From Lingula anatina (taxonomy: Eukaryota; Animalia; Brachiopoda): DNA of 64,000 nt. The stretch spans positions 17,236,001 to 17,300,000 of the forward strand of contig CM120641.1 in assembly GCA_051362555.1 (NCBI GenBank), read 5' to 3'. The translations under genes and the position numbers were made by a program. The notes under the pieces were generated by a model. It was not told where the DNA came from and did not search any database. It saw only the letters and a program-made list of their open reading frames with translations. This document shows positions 38,801-53,800 of this stretch, piece after piece (positions within the stretch are counted from its first letter, which is position 1; the number at the start of each line of letters is the position of its first letter).

Positions 38801-41800
38801 ATACAAGTCCTATTCCGAAAATTGGTAATACTGGCCATCATGATTTAACCTAATGCATGTACCCCATTTCTTGTATCCAGTGCTCTAATTCCACTTGTGA
38901 TGAAATCTCACCCGTCCTCACTAATGCAATGGATTGGGTTATGTATGGTTTATGTAAGTTTTATACTTGATTTGTCAAAATCAGGCTTAACAACAAGTTT
39001 ATGTAAAATCTGTTGATTTGATAGTAACATATAATGTTCATGGACATTATTTGTTTAAAGAAAAAGTATGGCCATTTCACTGGTGATGTGGATTCTAGGT
39101 CTTCTCTAATACCTGGGCTTGGATAAGAAAAAGTTCAATGGCTGGCATGAGTACTATAGGACTGTGTGACCAATCTCTTAAAACCACTCTGTTTATATTT
39201 TTTAACTAATAACTTCACCAATTTCGCCAATTTTCTATGGACCTATGTCAACAACATCTAACCATTTCACGGATGAGATATTCTGGGCGTTGAGGTGAAA
39301 ATTGCAGCTTGCAGAAAAAATTCAGAAACTTTCTTTGATTTTGTATTTTATAATGTCTCTCTTTCTATCAGCCTTACTCTTTTTTTTTTTTTACATAACA
39401 AAGACTGTCACATCCTTTAACCCAAGTCGTTGTTGATACCATAGGATATATATATATATATAAACACGCATATCAGTTCATATGTAAAAATGAATGATGT
39501 CTCTCTTACTCTGCACATACAGTTACATGTGTAAAAATAATCAATACATAATGTATTCAAAACGGGATGTCTATTTTTGGAAGAGAATGCAATGTAATAG
39601 CACTTAATATAGAAAGCAAGTATGGATAGTAAGGGTTTGGCGAGAAAAGCTACATTGGTAACTCTTATTTCAGACTGATGACGTGTGCTGATGTTTAAAA
39701 ATTTTATTAGTTTGGTGATATTTTAGATTTAAAGACAAAAAAGGATAAGATTTTACAACTTGTAATGTTAAGATAGTTATTGGTATGCCTTAAACCTAAT
39801 AACATAGTCCCAATAAAAACAGAAAAGATAAGCTGATGTAGCGGTGTTAATGTTAAAATGTTGTCCATGGCATTGTTGTTGTTTTTTTTTCTGGACCAAC
39901 GATAAAAATAAGATATTTTGGACCATATACAAAAGCCCCTGCTGATTTTTTATATAGATTAGATTTTGTTGATCATATATATAAATTGTATCGAACCACA
40001 AAATTGTAGAACCACTGATGTCAGTGATCTGGCGAACATAGTCTCTATGCCAGAAATCCCAGAAAGTGTTGGGCAAGGCTCCAAGTTCCAGGAATGTCCA
40101 GGTGCTCTCCTAATGCTAATATAATGTTACCATTTCTCCAGTATCTGGACTACCCTGGAATTAACATTTTCTGTGTTATTGTGCAGGGATGCTCCCACTA
40201 TGGGCAGTCAACAAAGTGGAAGTCTTGCCAAGAACATTTTGGAAACTGCAATACTTCATCAGGAACCTTTTACGGTTAAGGTTTCTGTGAAAATGTCCAT
40301 TGTCATTGAAAAATGATGATGGGTATTGAACAGCATATGATATATCAGATGAATCCAGGTATTTGGAAGTGACTTTTAAGATATTGTTGAAATATGCTAG
40401 TTTCAATGCGAACTGATTGATTTAACAAAAACATTGCACAATTTTTAACCCTGGGGTAATAATGAATGTTGTTAATGTTAGTGTGGGTGGCAGAAGAAAA
40501 CCACAGGCATGCAATCCATTTTGTTACACTGTGTGCCAAAAACTTCTTGCATTTTTTCAAATTTTCATTTAAAAATAATGTAATCATTAAGTGTAGGACT
40601 TGACAAGCATCTCAAAAAAAAAAAAAAAAGAAAAGAAAAAAATCACAGTTGTTATATTTTTGTTTACTCTTAAAAACGTGGAACTTCGAATCAGTAAAAT
40701 TACTGATAGATTTTAATTTTAGGCTGTTAAGAGAAGGGTATTCCAAAAAGGCAGAATAAAAATTTTATTCCCAGCATGTAATTTTAAGTAACCAAGGACC
40801 TTATATCAAAAAATCAATACAAGTTAACCTGAGGATAAACTGTAATCTTCTCCAGTTGATATATTTATATACAAACATCAAGCTGTACTTGTGTGCGGCA
40901 CATGGCTTGCCATGTTTCTATCTGACTAGTCCACTGTTGCATTCAGTTGACTGAGCAATCTGGAGCTCTTTCCAGCTGATAGATCTAAACAGAATCATCT
41001 GGTTCTGTCATTTGATTTGCAGAAGGGATCTGGTGTCTCATGTTGTACACGTTCTACTGCAAAGTCTGAAAAGTCCATGTTAATGCAATCTGTGGTATTC
41101 ACTTCACAAAACATGTGAAAAGATTCTGTTTACAGTGTTCTACAACCTTTTGACAGATGTTTCTTTCAGGCTATCACGCAATTTCAAACATCTTCATCTT
41201 GTTACCAGGCCATGTGCTGATGTTTTAAAAAAAGTCAGATGATACAGGGATATAAATATTTAACACCAGCAACCAGTACTACAAATAACAATAAAAAAAT
41301 CTTGCTTTCTTTCTTTCAATTCTAATACTTGACAAAACCTGGTGATTTCATATGATGAAATATCCTAATTGTTACATTTTGATATATCTTTAAGCATTTA
41401 AAAGAATTTCAAAAAAAAAAATAATAATAAAAAAATTCAGTGCAAATGAGTCCGTGACTTTATTTTGCAGGTGGTCAACCCATCTCCAGTGCAGTGTCCA
41501 CTATACTGGGCCGAGGCAACCTGCTGATCTCCAGTGTTAATGTCAGTGAGACTGGAGTCTACACCTGTACTGCTAAGAGTAGTGCCTATGACCAGGTGGT
41601 CGTTGCCAGGGCTACTGTGACAGTGCATGGTAAGTCTTAGTACTTTAGTACAGTCCTGGCATTGTGATTATCTAATGAACTCTTTGGAGAATCTGTTCCA
41701 ACTTTCATTTCTAATGTTAAGAACCTATCTCCTATCTGCATAGCAGTTGTAGTTGTCTATAAGTTATATAGCAGATGTAAACAGGCTTCTTTGTCATTCA

Positions 41801-44800
41801 CAAAGAATACAAAGATGAAAATACACATAAGTTTATCTATCTGCAACATAACGGGCGCATTTTCAACCATGTATCATTAAAGGGATAATAACTCTTCGTA
41901 GTAGATCTATATTTCACAATAAAAATATTGTGAACAACTCATAGAAATATAATATATTCTTTTGTACCACAAAAACGGCAGTTATAGCTATTATTCTAAT
42001 ATCTGAGCTTGTCTTTAGACCATGTGACCTCCATTAATGGCTTTACTAACTTACTCTGTTATAATCTCTTAAGAGATTATAACAAAAAACAATCTTTTTA
42101 GAAAAAAAAAACAGGGACTAACTTTGAATGTAAAAATGGATTCATTAACCATTGGTAAGTATGGGAAAATTGTTGTTTACTCCAGGAAAATTCATTTTTT
42201 GGCCAAAACGAAGAGTTATTATCCCTTTAACCAACTTATTTATTTGGCAGGAAAACATTTTCAAGAGACCGCTTAGATTTCTTTATTTTAGATGTTAGAG
42301 CACAATTGGAACATGAAAAAAAAAACTTGACAATCATGACTTTTTGGCATCTTTGCAACCCCACAATGAAATTTGTGCACTATTTCTTTTTAAATTATAT
42401 TTTGAATGTAGATATTTCAGGCGCACACATTAATGTTAAGTGTCATTTGTCAACACTATTCAGTGTTTATCATTAATCTGCTTCATTTCTTTTAGTATTG
42501 GGACTTTCAATAAATGCAGTCGTCATCGGCCAAATTTCGAACATCATACTTGAGTTTGTTACATTACTTTATCTGCATGTCATTATATTCAAATTAGCCT
42601 AGATTAAGGAGGCATAAAGTGATATATTAATCTCTGAAACTATGTGTGAAACTTCTTACATTTTTAAGTTCCCCCAAAGATAACAGAACTCCCAGTGGAT
42701 GCTAACACCCCAATTGCAGGAACTGGGCGCTTTGAGTGCAAGTTTCAAGGAACACCAGTGCCCTCCATCCACTGGTTACACAATGGGGAACCAGTTGTCC
42801 TGAATGGAAGAATAACTGTAAGTCTACTCTAACTAGAAACTTTTTGAGTTGTCTAATGAAGAAACAGCAAACTTTTCAACTTGACAGGATGGGCACTTTG
42901 CAAACTGGGCTTATGTCAAAAGTACAATATTCCCGATTTATTTTTATAATTTTTTTTTATTTTTTATTTATTTTTATAATTTTCATCTTATTCTTGAATT
43001 GAATCAATAGTTAAGGTGGAAAGATAGGATGTTTCTAGCTATTCTTCATTCATGTCTCTTGCTTTTCCAGGTTAACAATATCTATACGCTGGTGATCATC
43101 CAGACTACCCATGACGATGCGGGTTACTATCAGTGTGTGGTACAGAACCAGGCAGGGTATATCAGTGCAGTGGCCAAGTTGAATATCGAGAAGAAGGGTA
43201 AGATGATGACTGTAGCCCAGGACTGGCCAGTTGCACTAGATGACCAGCAGCTGTTTTCACAATATTAATAGTTGCTACTATTATTATCTAATCATTGTCA
43301 TTGTGATATAGATTTAAAGATTGACAGTTTTTTTTTTGTACAGATGATTGCAGATCATCTATATAATTATGTATATAATATTTCTATATTTTGGACGAGA
43401 TTGACTTTGAACATGTTTTCCATAGCTTTCAGTGCATTGACATTACCATTTTTATACCACACTAAATTAACTTTTCCTGGATTTCTCAGTCTGGACATGC
43501 GAGAACTTTGTGAATGTCTAGACTATTGGTGGGATCTGAATCTCAACATTTCTTTCCTTTTTTTAAGAAATTTAGAAAGTCTTTCCTCAAATTTTTTTGA
43601 TTTTCTGAAGGCAGATTTTGATATTTCGATGTTTATATTATGTAAATACTGATCATTTTAGTTACTTTTTAAGAAGAAGGGGGACTGGTTTATTTTTAAT
43701 CTTTCCTACTGCTTCCTTGATCTTTTCTTTTATTAGTCCTTTTACAGTTTAGTATGTTTCTGTAGCATTTGGTTCACTATAAACCATGGCTTTAACCACG
43801 GGTAAGACAAAAGATATACAGACACATCGAGTACAGATATATTCCACACCTAGCTGTACTCTCGTTATACATCTTCGCCATAAGGTCCTGTATCGGTATA
43901 TTGGGCCCTAGTTCACACGACAAATCTTGCAAAAATGAAGACCAATTCGAGTTGTTTTTTTTTCCTTCAAATTTTAATACTATGATGCAGTATCTACTCA
44001 CCATGCACCATGCTAAAATGAAAACTCATGTTTTTGTCTTCAAATTGTTACTTACTTGCTCTTAAAGTAAACTCCCAGCCATTTTTAACAATAAACAATG
44101 TCTAAATTTGGAAAGAAGTAGCGAGTGCCAAGTTATCACTATTTTCATTCCATGATGGGAGGTGGGGTTATGTCTTCTGGCTATAGTCTTTCAGTGCCAC
44201 CTCTCTGAGATTATCTCAAATGTGCCACTTGCTGACCAAAAATATGGTCTGTTTGGTGGTTCTTTGCATATGTGCTGGCATTCTTATAGCTATATTCTCA
44301 TTGAATGTAGAATTATCTAGAGCATCTTAAAATCACTTTGATGGTTGATCTTTTGCAACTGTATTGTCCTTTATTGTCTAAGAAATGGGGAAAAAATAAG
44401 GACCACAAAGAGCCAAAAATACCCTATACCAGTGCCACAGATTGATTTTCACTAGATATTCACAAATATGTCTCTAGATAATTCCTAACAATTTTTTTTC
44501 TGTCCAAAGAGGATTTTACATGGAATTAATTGCATAACTTAGCTGGCCTCTAGTATAGAGAAGGTCCCCAACTTGTATGAGTAATATATCGCAAAGGCCG
44601 TGTGTTAGTAAATCACTGGCTGTGGTTTAAGCCAGATATACAACACTCTTCACCAAGCTGTAGATGAAAATTACTTGTGCATTGTCTTGCTGTGACTCAA
44701 CAATACACTTGTAATATTTCATGTACAGCTTGGCAACTCACGTTGTGTCCATCACTAAGTAATCTCCTTTATTGACTAGAATATCCAGTACTTGCTAGAT

Positions 44801-47800
44801 TTCAAACAAATCTCGTGTGTAATTTATCAGTTTCCACCTTTGTGTCATCTATCTTGTCCTTTGTCCGAGAGTCCATGTCTGTCATGGCAGAGGTATTAAT
44901 TTTTTCTTTGGAGGATTCTCTTGTTTATTTACTCCTCCATTTTGGTTCAGACCTTGTTCATTACTACCAGGCATCTTGCATCTTATCACACGACACAGCT
45001 GGACAGAGCCAACTGTTAGGGCATGTTATGTGCTCATCTGCCATGATGGAACTAATTTTTTTTTTTAAACTGATTTGTCATCAAAGGGTTATATTTGTTG
45101 ATTCATCTCTCTCCCCCTCTCTCTCTCTCTTTACTTTTTCTTTCTTTTTATGTTTTTGTTCAGCTAACTAAAACATCTCCGTATTCTGTTCTTCTGTCAG
45201 TGTAACCTTCTAATGCAAGATTTATTACTCAAGGAAATACATGAAAGCTGATGCTTAACAAGAGTTTCAGCATGCATGGCAGATTTTTCATTGTTTCTCT
45301 CTGTTGTAGCTAACGAGCCCAGTGCACCGACCAACCTGAAGGCAGTGACCATCTCCAGTGAGGTCATTAATGTCAGCTGGTCAGAATCCCCTCCAGTGAA
45401 TGGAGTACCTACCATAGCTTATTCTGTACACTATCTGCCCACACAAGGTATGTCCAGTTCTTGAATCATACATTCATGGGTAATCACTTAGACCTTAGAC
45501 AAAAATTTATGAGTGGAAAATTATGTAAGGCAAGACTAAATAAAGGTGAAATGTTAAAAATGTAAGTTTGTTGATATTATGATTATTTAAGCTGTGCATA
45601 TTTTAAACTTTATTTCTGAGTTGTTTCTTTCTTGCCTCACACTCTAACAGAAGGAGTCTTAATACATGCTGTGTTCATGTTATTTAGGAAACAAAATATC
45701 AGATTCATTAGTCACAATATCTGTTTGATTGAGCATTATGTCCTGTGACTCAAACACTGTATATTCCAGGCGGCAAAGAACATCAGGAGGTTGTCAAGGA
45801 ACCACACAAAATAATCACCAGACTACTACCTCATACCAACTATACCTTCTATGTCAGGGCATATAACACATACAGCAGCAGTCGCCAGTCCGAAGAGATC
45901 ACTCAGATGACAGCTGAAGATGGTATGGCCAGTTTTAGCCTTTGATAGGTTGTTTCTCTGGTTTTTATTTATTTGTTTATTATTTTTTTTTATCATTGGT
46001 TTACTTGCCAGTATAATGCGGCTTATCATGTGGAGTTTTTTTTACTGGGATTGGGATGGGTGTTTTGCTATGATGCTCTTAGTATTAACACACATAAAAA
46101 GAGGGTTTGTTTTTGGTTCTTTGTTCCAAAGTAACAAAAAAAAAGGCTTTTCTCCACAGTTATCTCAATGCAAGGCTGGATAATCTAGGTAACGCAACCC
46201 TCCCCTTGGGGTTTTCATTAAGGCCAAGGAGGTTCGCGAACCCAAGTTAACCCCCAAAGATCTTTTTTTTTAGAAAGAAAAAAAAAACTTCTGAAGACAT
46301 TATTATAATCTCTGGGTTTGATTACAAATCAACAGCGTGGGAGAATGGTCTGTTGTTCAATATTGCAACACATGTGGTTAATCGAGAAAATGGATGGACT
46401 TTGGGTCACTGGGGTCAGGAATGTTTGTAACATATGTCTTTGATGTTAAGGGTTAATATGATGAAATTGATTCATGGGAAAGTTGCAGGTTTAAACTCGT
46501 GTGCAACTGGGTGCACTTAAAATACTTGGGATTTTGGGGTGTCTTTAACAAATGTAGAATGGGTAGTTTGTGGTTTGAAGGTGGGGATTAAAAGGGGATA
46601 TTTGACATTGATGTCTTGACATAGATTTATCATTAAGAGTTAGAAAGGTGACCAAATGAAACAGAACTTTGTTTGAAGAAGTTGTGTACGAGCTGATGCT
46701 GTTACTAGTGATGGGTATTTTTCCAGTGATTTGAGTTGGAATGTATACAAAAAAAAAAAAAAATGTTTCCTCCATTTGTCAGCTGTAGAAGTAAAGCATA
46801 AATAAAGATCTCAGTTCATTTGTACAGGAATCTATTGGTGTTTTGTGACCATATACTGGAAATTTCGTCTCAAGTTGATGGAATTAAAACTTGACTCAAA
46901 GCATTCTTTAATCCATGTTGTTTTTAGTGAATGTTCACATATGTATGTTTATGTATATGTAGCTGTAAAATATATTTTCATGCACTTAGATTTACTTATG
47001 GCCATATTTTCACAAAATAGGGAATAATGAAATGCAAGTTTAGGATAAGAATATTTGCACATAAAGCCTAATTTATTACTAACATTTGGCTATATCCCAG
47101 ATTTTCTAATTCAATGGTCTTGCCCTGCACCAGTGTTTCTGACCTATAAATGATATATTGTCCTGATTTTTTAGATATTTATTAATGGGAACAGATGTGA
47201 GTTCTTTTTTCAGCAAAAAAGGAACCGTGAAATATGAGATCCTTTATTAAACAAGGATAAAAGCATTGGTGATGATTTAAACAAATTGTTGCTGAAGATG
47301 AAATTGATTCATGAAGGCAGATTGCAGCTTTGAAATTATGAGTTCTTTCATTATACATTTTAGCAGATTTTGTTTAATGAAGTAAAAATCAACACGGCAA
47401 AGTAAACTATTATTATGAAATCTACCATGTATTTTATCATCATGGGGCACTTAGATCAGTTTATTCAAATATATTTTATATCAAATTTTTCCAGTTCCCA
47501 AATCTGCCCCCAGCGTCACGCTGGCAAGCCATGCTGACAGCAAGATCAACGTTTACTGGGACAAACTCCCACCTAAGGAGGCACGAGGAGAAATCACTCA
47601 GTACAAGATTATATACAGGAGAAAGAATGTGGATGAAGAAACCTACATACTTGTCCCAGGGGATCAAACTTCTTATGAGATCACAGGTTGGTTGGAACAT
47701 TTATTTCCTTTAAATTTGAACTGAATAGATGAATTGCATATTCCAGATACTTGGTTGGTAATGCCTGAAGTAGGCAATTTAAAAGTGATTGTAAATAGGT

Positions 47801-50800
47801 TGGCTTCATGTCCTGTGGTTTGCTATAGTGAGTGACTCAAGATGTGATGATCTTGGGGTGGGGTCGGGTGGGGTAGCAGCTAAATTTTCAATGAGTTTCG
47901 AGTAAGGTATTTTAAATTGGGGAAGTTTTCCCATAACAATGGAATCTCTCTCTACATGAAAAAGGGACTCGATAATTGAATTTCCAAAGGGAAACACATC
48001 CTGTTTTGACCTAAGTAACCTCCATTAGCATAAGATGAAAGGTGGAAATAGAAATATTAAGAGAAAATAAAAGAATGTTAAGATACTATCAGAAAGGCAC
48101 AACCCCTTTTTGGTATGCTGAGCCAAGGTAAGGGTCAAACAAGTTCAATATATCTGCACTCAACTCACCACATTCCAAAGGAAGATGTACTCAAAACTAG
48201 AGACTTTACTTCCCAACCCACCAGTAAGCTAAAGTCCTTCACAAATGAAAATAGACCGGTGCAGAGCAATAACACAGTAGTTTTATGGCATGTGCAAAGT
48301 GGAACTAATTCCGAGCAGGAAGTGATAATGGAGGTCTTCACTGACTCCACTCAGGGCACTGGCGGTCAAACAGTGAGTTGTGGCAGGGTGGGCACATAAA
48401 CAAGGATGAAGTGACCTGTACTATTAACCAGCTTCATTTCCACACTGTCTTGGTCTAGTTATTTCATACATTGTGACTCAGCCAAGGTGGTTCTTTCCTC
48501 CTCGGTGGTGGGGGTTTGTCTAAACAGTGTGGTTCAAGCACTTGCACAAAACAATTATCTCAAAATGACTTTACCAAAACAATTCATGTATATAATAATA
48601 ATTTCCTATAGTTGATCATAAAAGATATTTTAGATTTATAAAAAAAGAAGCTGTATGAGGTAATGCACTCAATTAGTTGGGGCAATTGGATCACACATTA
48701 TATGCACTTCCTATTTGATAAATGGCCTTGAAATACCTCATATCGTAATACCTGTGTGTAAACAAATCCTGAGACACTCACATATCTTACCTTAGATACA
48801 GCTGAAACATCCCATTTATATATTCACAGCACAGAGTTTATGGACCCATAAATGTACCTATTAATATTGACACCTCCAGGCATGGGCAGTGAGGATAATA
48901 ACAAGATGTGTCATTCATATAGAAACTTCAAACATCGAAGGTTGTCTTAAGCAGTTGTAGACCAATGTTCTGTATAAAAATATTTTAACTCTGCCATAAA
49001 ATGTGCTTTTCCAAATGAATTCTTTTTCCATGATTTCACATCTGTTTTCACTAGGTATGGAAAAACATGAGTTTGTAGTTTTAAACGATGATCTGGCACT
49101 GAAAATTCAGAACTTGTTTTCTCTAAAATAATTACGTTTAATTATCATTCTGTGTATTATTGTGTTACTTTTTTGGCACAGAAAAATGCAGTATTTTAAT
49201 TAATGACAAGAGTGATAATGAGAATGATAGTAATAGTGTATAGATTTTACTTGCTCCTCACCATCATCATCATCATCACATCATCACATCATCAATCACA
49301 TCTTAACACATACTTCTATATCTGGAATAGTGTTAAGTACGGTAATGACTATCATTTCAACCAGGAAAATTATCAATTTTTCAGATACATAATTATGTAC
49401 AGACACAGATGTGTCTGTACATATAGCCATCATCTGTGTCTGTCGTAGCCATCGCCGTCGTCGCCGCCGTCGCCGTGCACTTTTACCGATAACACGATAA
49501 GTGGAAAACCATTTTACCTTTTGACTTGAAACTTGCAGAACTGATGAATATTCATAATACGCAGGTCAAGTTCGAAAATCAGCATGATCGGGTCACTTTT
49601 AGGGAATTTATGCTGTTTTTTCACTTTTTTCAGCATATATGCAGCACCGATAACACGATAAGTGGAAAACCATTTTACCTTTTGACTTGAAACTTACAGA
49701 ACTGATGAATATTCATAATACGCAGGTCAAGTTCGAAAATCAGCATGATCGGGTCACTTTTAGGGAATTTATGCTGTTTTTTCACTTTTTTCAGCATATA
49801 TGCAGCACCGATAACACCATAAGTGGAAAACCATTTTACCTTTTGACTTGAAACTTACAGAACTGATGAATATTCATAATACGCAGGTCAAGTTTGAAAA
49901 TCAGCATGATCGGGTCACTTTTAGGGAATTTATGCTGTTTTTTCACTTTTTTCAGCATATATGCAGCACCGATAACACCATAAGTGGAAAACCATTTTAC
50001 CTTTTGACTTGAAACTTACAGAACTGATGAATATTCATAATACGCAGGTCAAGTTCGAAAATCAGCATGATTGGGCTATTTTGAGGGAATTTATGCTGTT
50101 TTTTCACTATTTTCAATATAAATGCAACACTGATAACACAATATAAGAAAAACGGATTGGCCAATTGTAATTATACTCACAGGAGTGGTCAATCTTACTA
50201 AAACGCAGGTTGAGTTCAAAAATCAGCATAATCGGGCCATTATTTTAGAAGTTATACTGTTTTTTTCACATTTCCTCAGATTCAATTCTTAAGCATGTTA
50301 ACAGTCTCATTATTTAACTAATAAGATGCCTAAAAGTGTTTGTTTGATATTTCCTGCATCTTTACAACATTGTTAGTTGATTATGTAAAAAACATGGTAA
50401 ACTTGTTATCATGTATTGTGTAATAAAGTGTCAAAAATGGAAATAAACTCATATCATTGCAGTTTGTCAGATTCAATCATCCACTATGTTCAGAATCTCA
50501 GAATGGAGGAAATTGGACATTTAACACTGTTCTATTGATACTTTTCCCATCTCATCAATTTTTTTAGTTGGTCATATAAAAATGGCAGTAAAATGTTTAT
50601 TTTGTTTTATGTTAAAAAAGTGTTAAAAATGGAAATAAACCCATTTCAGAACAGTGCTGTCTTGTTTACATTTTGGCATTTTCAAGGCGTGACTTTGAAG
50701 ATCCATGGGCCTGAAGACCTTTGCTAGTCACATTTTCTGAATATCTGTGATACAAATATTTTATAATTAAAAATTGATGGTCATTAAGCTGTTAAACATT

Positions 50801-53800
50801 ATGTAATATTGCATCAAAATTTGAAGAAACCCCTATTTTGGGCACTGCTTCCATGATGACCATTTAAGGAAAATCATGTCACTTACTGTTCTCAAACTTA
50901 CAGGAAAGAAACATGGGACTAAAATACAGCTTCAGTAGGCAATGCAGTCTGTTTGGTATTTTTTTTTATTTTTTTTTTTATTTTTATTATTTATTTATTT
51001 TTTTTTTTTGGCAGTTAAACAGTTTTTTGTGAAAATTTAATTTTTCACATATTGGCATTTTCAAGGTGTGACTTTAAAGTTCCATGATCTTGAAGACTTT
51101 TGCTTGTCACATTTTCTGAATGTCCATGTTACTAATATTTTATTAATAACATTTGATTGTCATTATGCTGTTAAACATTTTCTAATGTTGTATCAAAATT
51201 TGAAGAAACCCCTATTTTGGGCACTGCTCCTATGATGACCATTTAAGGGAAATCATGTCACTTACTGTTCTCAAACATATAGGAAAGAAACATGGCACTA
51301 AAATACAGCTTCAATAGGCAATGCAGTCTGTTTGGTAAATTTTTCTGGCAATTTAACAGTTTTTTGTGAAAATTTAATTTTTCACTTATTTGCATCTTTA
51401 TTTTCTGTTCTTTGTCTGTACATTTGACAGCTTTGCTGCCTTGTTTTAGAATCATTAAAAGTACATAGTGCTTTCACTTTATTAAATAGAACTACTAGGT
51501 AGACTACTTTTCATTTGTAATGTAACCACCCAATAAGAATGTTCAAATTGTAGGAATTTATTACTTAATAAATACAGTATATGTAAAATTCTTTATTTTC
51601 CCTGTTGAAATGATCGATTCATTACCATATCTGCTTCAGCTCCAGAGACAACCACAGATAGTTTATGACCTTGTTTTACCTTGCAGGCCTTGCCCCCAGG
51701 ACAACCTATGAGGTGCGCCTGCTGGCCAGAACCAGCCAGGGCTACCCTGACCTTCCTAGACAGACATGGGCCACTGTCACCACCACCAACTCACCAAATC
51801 CACAAGGTAGACACTGGGTTAAACGTTTGATTCAAAACTTATCTGAATTGGTTAATTAGGGAGGTGAGGGATTAGAAGGATGGGATAAGAAGGGCAAAGA
51901 CGGAAAAAAATTGTCATGTTGAAATTAGAATAAGTAAGGATAAGGTGGTGATCAAACTGTCAGTTGCTCAAGGTGACTGGCATAATTATGCCTGGAAGAT
52001 GATTATAACCTTGGTAAACCGGTTATATCAAAATGTTTAACAGGAAATAAGACTTTGTTTTCATCGTGAAGCACAGAAATGGGGCCTGTGTTTCTTGGAA
52101 ATGATTCTTTTATTCTCTTTCTCTGGAAATGAGCTTTATGTTAGGATTTGATTACACGTAGATGTCAATCAGTTGTACATCTTATGTTTCTGAGTCTACA
52201 GGTTTCATAACATAGGGTATTTGAAGAAGCATAACATCCTCACCATTTGTGATTCAGATTTGATACTATAAATTCTTAAAATTGTCCAACAAACACCTAC
52301 CTTTTTTGTTGCCTCAGAATTGCATGATCATTCACAGTGCCTTTTTTATCCCTTTAATATGTCTGAGAATGAGCATCACTTTTGAATTTTTTTTCTTTTT
52401 TTTTTTTTTTTTCTGCCTCAGCCCCTGAGGTTCCAGACCTGAAGGTGATTGTGCTGAATGCTACAGCTGTGCAAACCTCCTGGCGCTATCCCAACACCTC
52501 CCAGACCCCTGTAGATGGGTTCAAGGTGAAATGTAAGAAGATTGGAGATGAGGAGGGCTCTGGACAGACTTTCAATGTACCGAAAAATGTTTTCAAGAAG
52601 ATCATAGCAAATTTAGGTGATTATTTTTATTTTTATTGCATATTTATATTTAACTGTGTTTGTTCAGGAAGGGTTTTTAATGCAGGGATCAGAATTTTAT
52701 CCAGTGTTAGTTTACATCTGTATAACATGCAAATTGGATGCCAGAGGCTATAAAGTGACCAGTAACATATGTTCCAGACAATTAGCCTGGTTACTTTCCA
52801 TGATATAGTCCATCATCTCATGTCTTTTATAAATAATTGGTCTGTTGAAATAATTGGGGTGATGACTGTGAAGTTCTTCTGTCTCCAGAGATGGGCACTC
52901 AATACGAGTTCCAGGTAGTGGCATACAACTCCTATGGTGATGGACAGGCAGCTGTCAGAGATGCTTCAACTCTTGAAGGTAAATATAGCTATCATGTAAG
53001 ATGCAGGTTGTAAAGATCAGAAATTCTTGAAAGATCCTTCGTTGTTTATATTTGACTGTTTTATTTTAATGGCAATGTATAAAGCAGTGCATCTTTGTAC
53101 AGACGTGGTTTAAGTCTGACTGTATTGCAGGATCAAGGACCTGTTGAAATCTAGACATCACAGGCCTTACCAAAATATTGCACACCCAAACATCTTTCTG
53201 ACATGTAATTAGTCTGTGGTACTGGGGCCACATCTTACTTCAACTACAGTATTGAAATTAAGAGCAAGATCTGATAGCTGAAAATTATGTGTCTGAAATA
53301 GTTACTGGCCCATTTGGGTTGCCTGTAACCAAATTTCATTGGTATCATGTTGGGAGTTTTGCCACAACTGTTTGTAACTGGTTTCGTATGTCCTATCCAG
53401 TTCCAACCAGTGCTGTGCCTGTGCCAATAGATGTCCACGCACACTCAGAGTACTCCACCACCATGTTTGTCAACTGGCGGGTTGCATCCGAACCTATCAT
53501 CTATTCTTATGAACTACGCTACATGGAAGATAACAAGGAAGACACCCAGGAATTGTTAGAATTGTGAGTATTTCTCTGATGACAATGCATTCTGTCCGAG
53601 ATCGATGAAAATAACTAGAAAGTATTGAATTTTTATCAGCGCAAAGTATATAATGTATCTGAATGGGCAGTCAATGGCAGTTGTTTGAGTATTTTAAAAT
53701 TACCAATGAGAAGAAAGAGACGATGAGCAAAGTGTTGTATTTTAACCCATTTTGACAAACTACAGTAATGTGACTTTTAAGATCAGAGTTTTGCCATGGA

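Noticed and set aside
40187-40280. Exon-like segment after gtgcag in the intron splitting Ig3
   Set aside because: Available donors are in phase 2 rather than the phase 1 needed to rejoin exon 41471, and the peptide is not Ig-like; at most a poison exon, unsupported.
49485-50280. Regular repeat array as a possible CRISPR
   Set aside because: Head-to-tail 161-bp units with no unique spacers, no cas genes, and a eukaryotic intron context.
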